Assembly (NCBI GenBank): GCA_950097015.1
Contig: CATNEN010000007.1
Coordinates: 5,704,001-5,768,000 of the forward strand
DNA length: 64,000 nt
Source of the DNA: Macrostomum hystrix
Lineage: Eukaryota; Animalia; Platyhelminthes
Reading direction: 5' to 3'
Below, in pieces: positions 63,948 to 64,000 of the stretch (position 1 is its first letter; each line of letters starts with the position of its first letter). Both the position numbers and the translations under genes were made by a program. A model generated the notes under the pieces. It saw only the letters and a list, made by a program, of their open reading frames with translations. It had not been told where the DNA came from and searched no databases.

Positions 63948-64000
63948 GTTTGTGCGCTGTGGTAAACAGTTTGTGAGTGTTGTGACTGCAGTGGAACAGT

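Overview
Eukaryotic (animal) genomic DNA. GC-rich exons are separated by AT-rich DNA and by many unrelated minisatellite arrays, a style reminiscent of the flatworm Macrostomum (inference, not proven). Host genes read by splicing the sequence manually: SF3B4 (2 exons), PBDC1, an Fe65/APBB adaptor (WW-PTB-PTB, at least 5 exons), two candidate single-pass membrane microproteins, a 2-exon rhodopsin-class orphan peptide GPCR, and two head-to-head inverted ZIP8/ZIP14-type (SLC39) metal transporter paralogs. Mobile DNA: an apparently intact hAT transposon (TIRs, 8-bp TSD, spliced 698-aa BED-transposase), a hAT MITE carrying a minisatellite, a foldback element, a decayed Crypton-like tyrosine-recombinase element in a ZIP intron, two decayed Ty3/Gypsy elements, a 5'-truncated RTE-like LINE abutting one of them, tRNA-derived SINEs, and a possible degenerate Penelope-type hammerhead. 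More than 20 tandem arrays are present, one with multi-tier higher-order structure. No CRISPR array or prokaryotic system is seen, and no wholly new system can be proven from sequence alone. The best leads are the CpG-decay boundary inside one inverted repeat, the candidate Crypton ends, exon-restricted homogenisation between the ZIP paralogs, a possible trans-spliced SF3B4-PBDC1 operon, and the orphan membrane microproteins.
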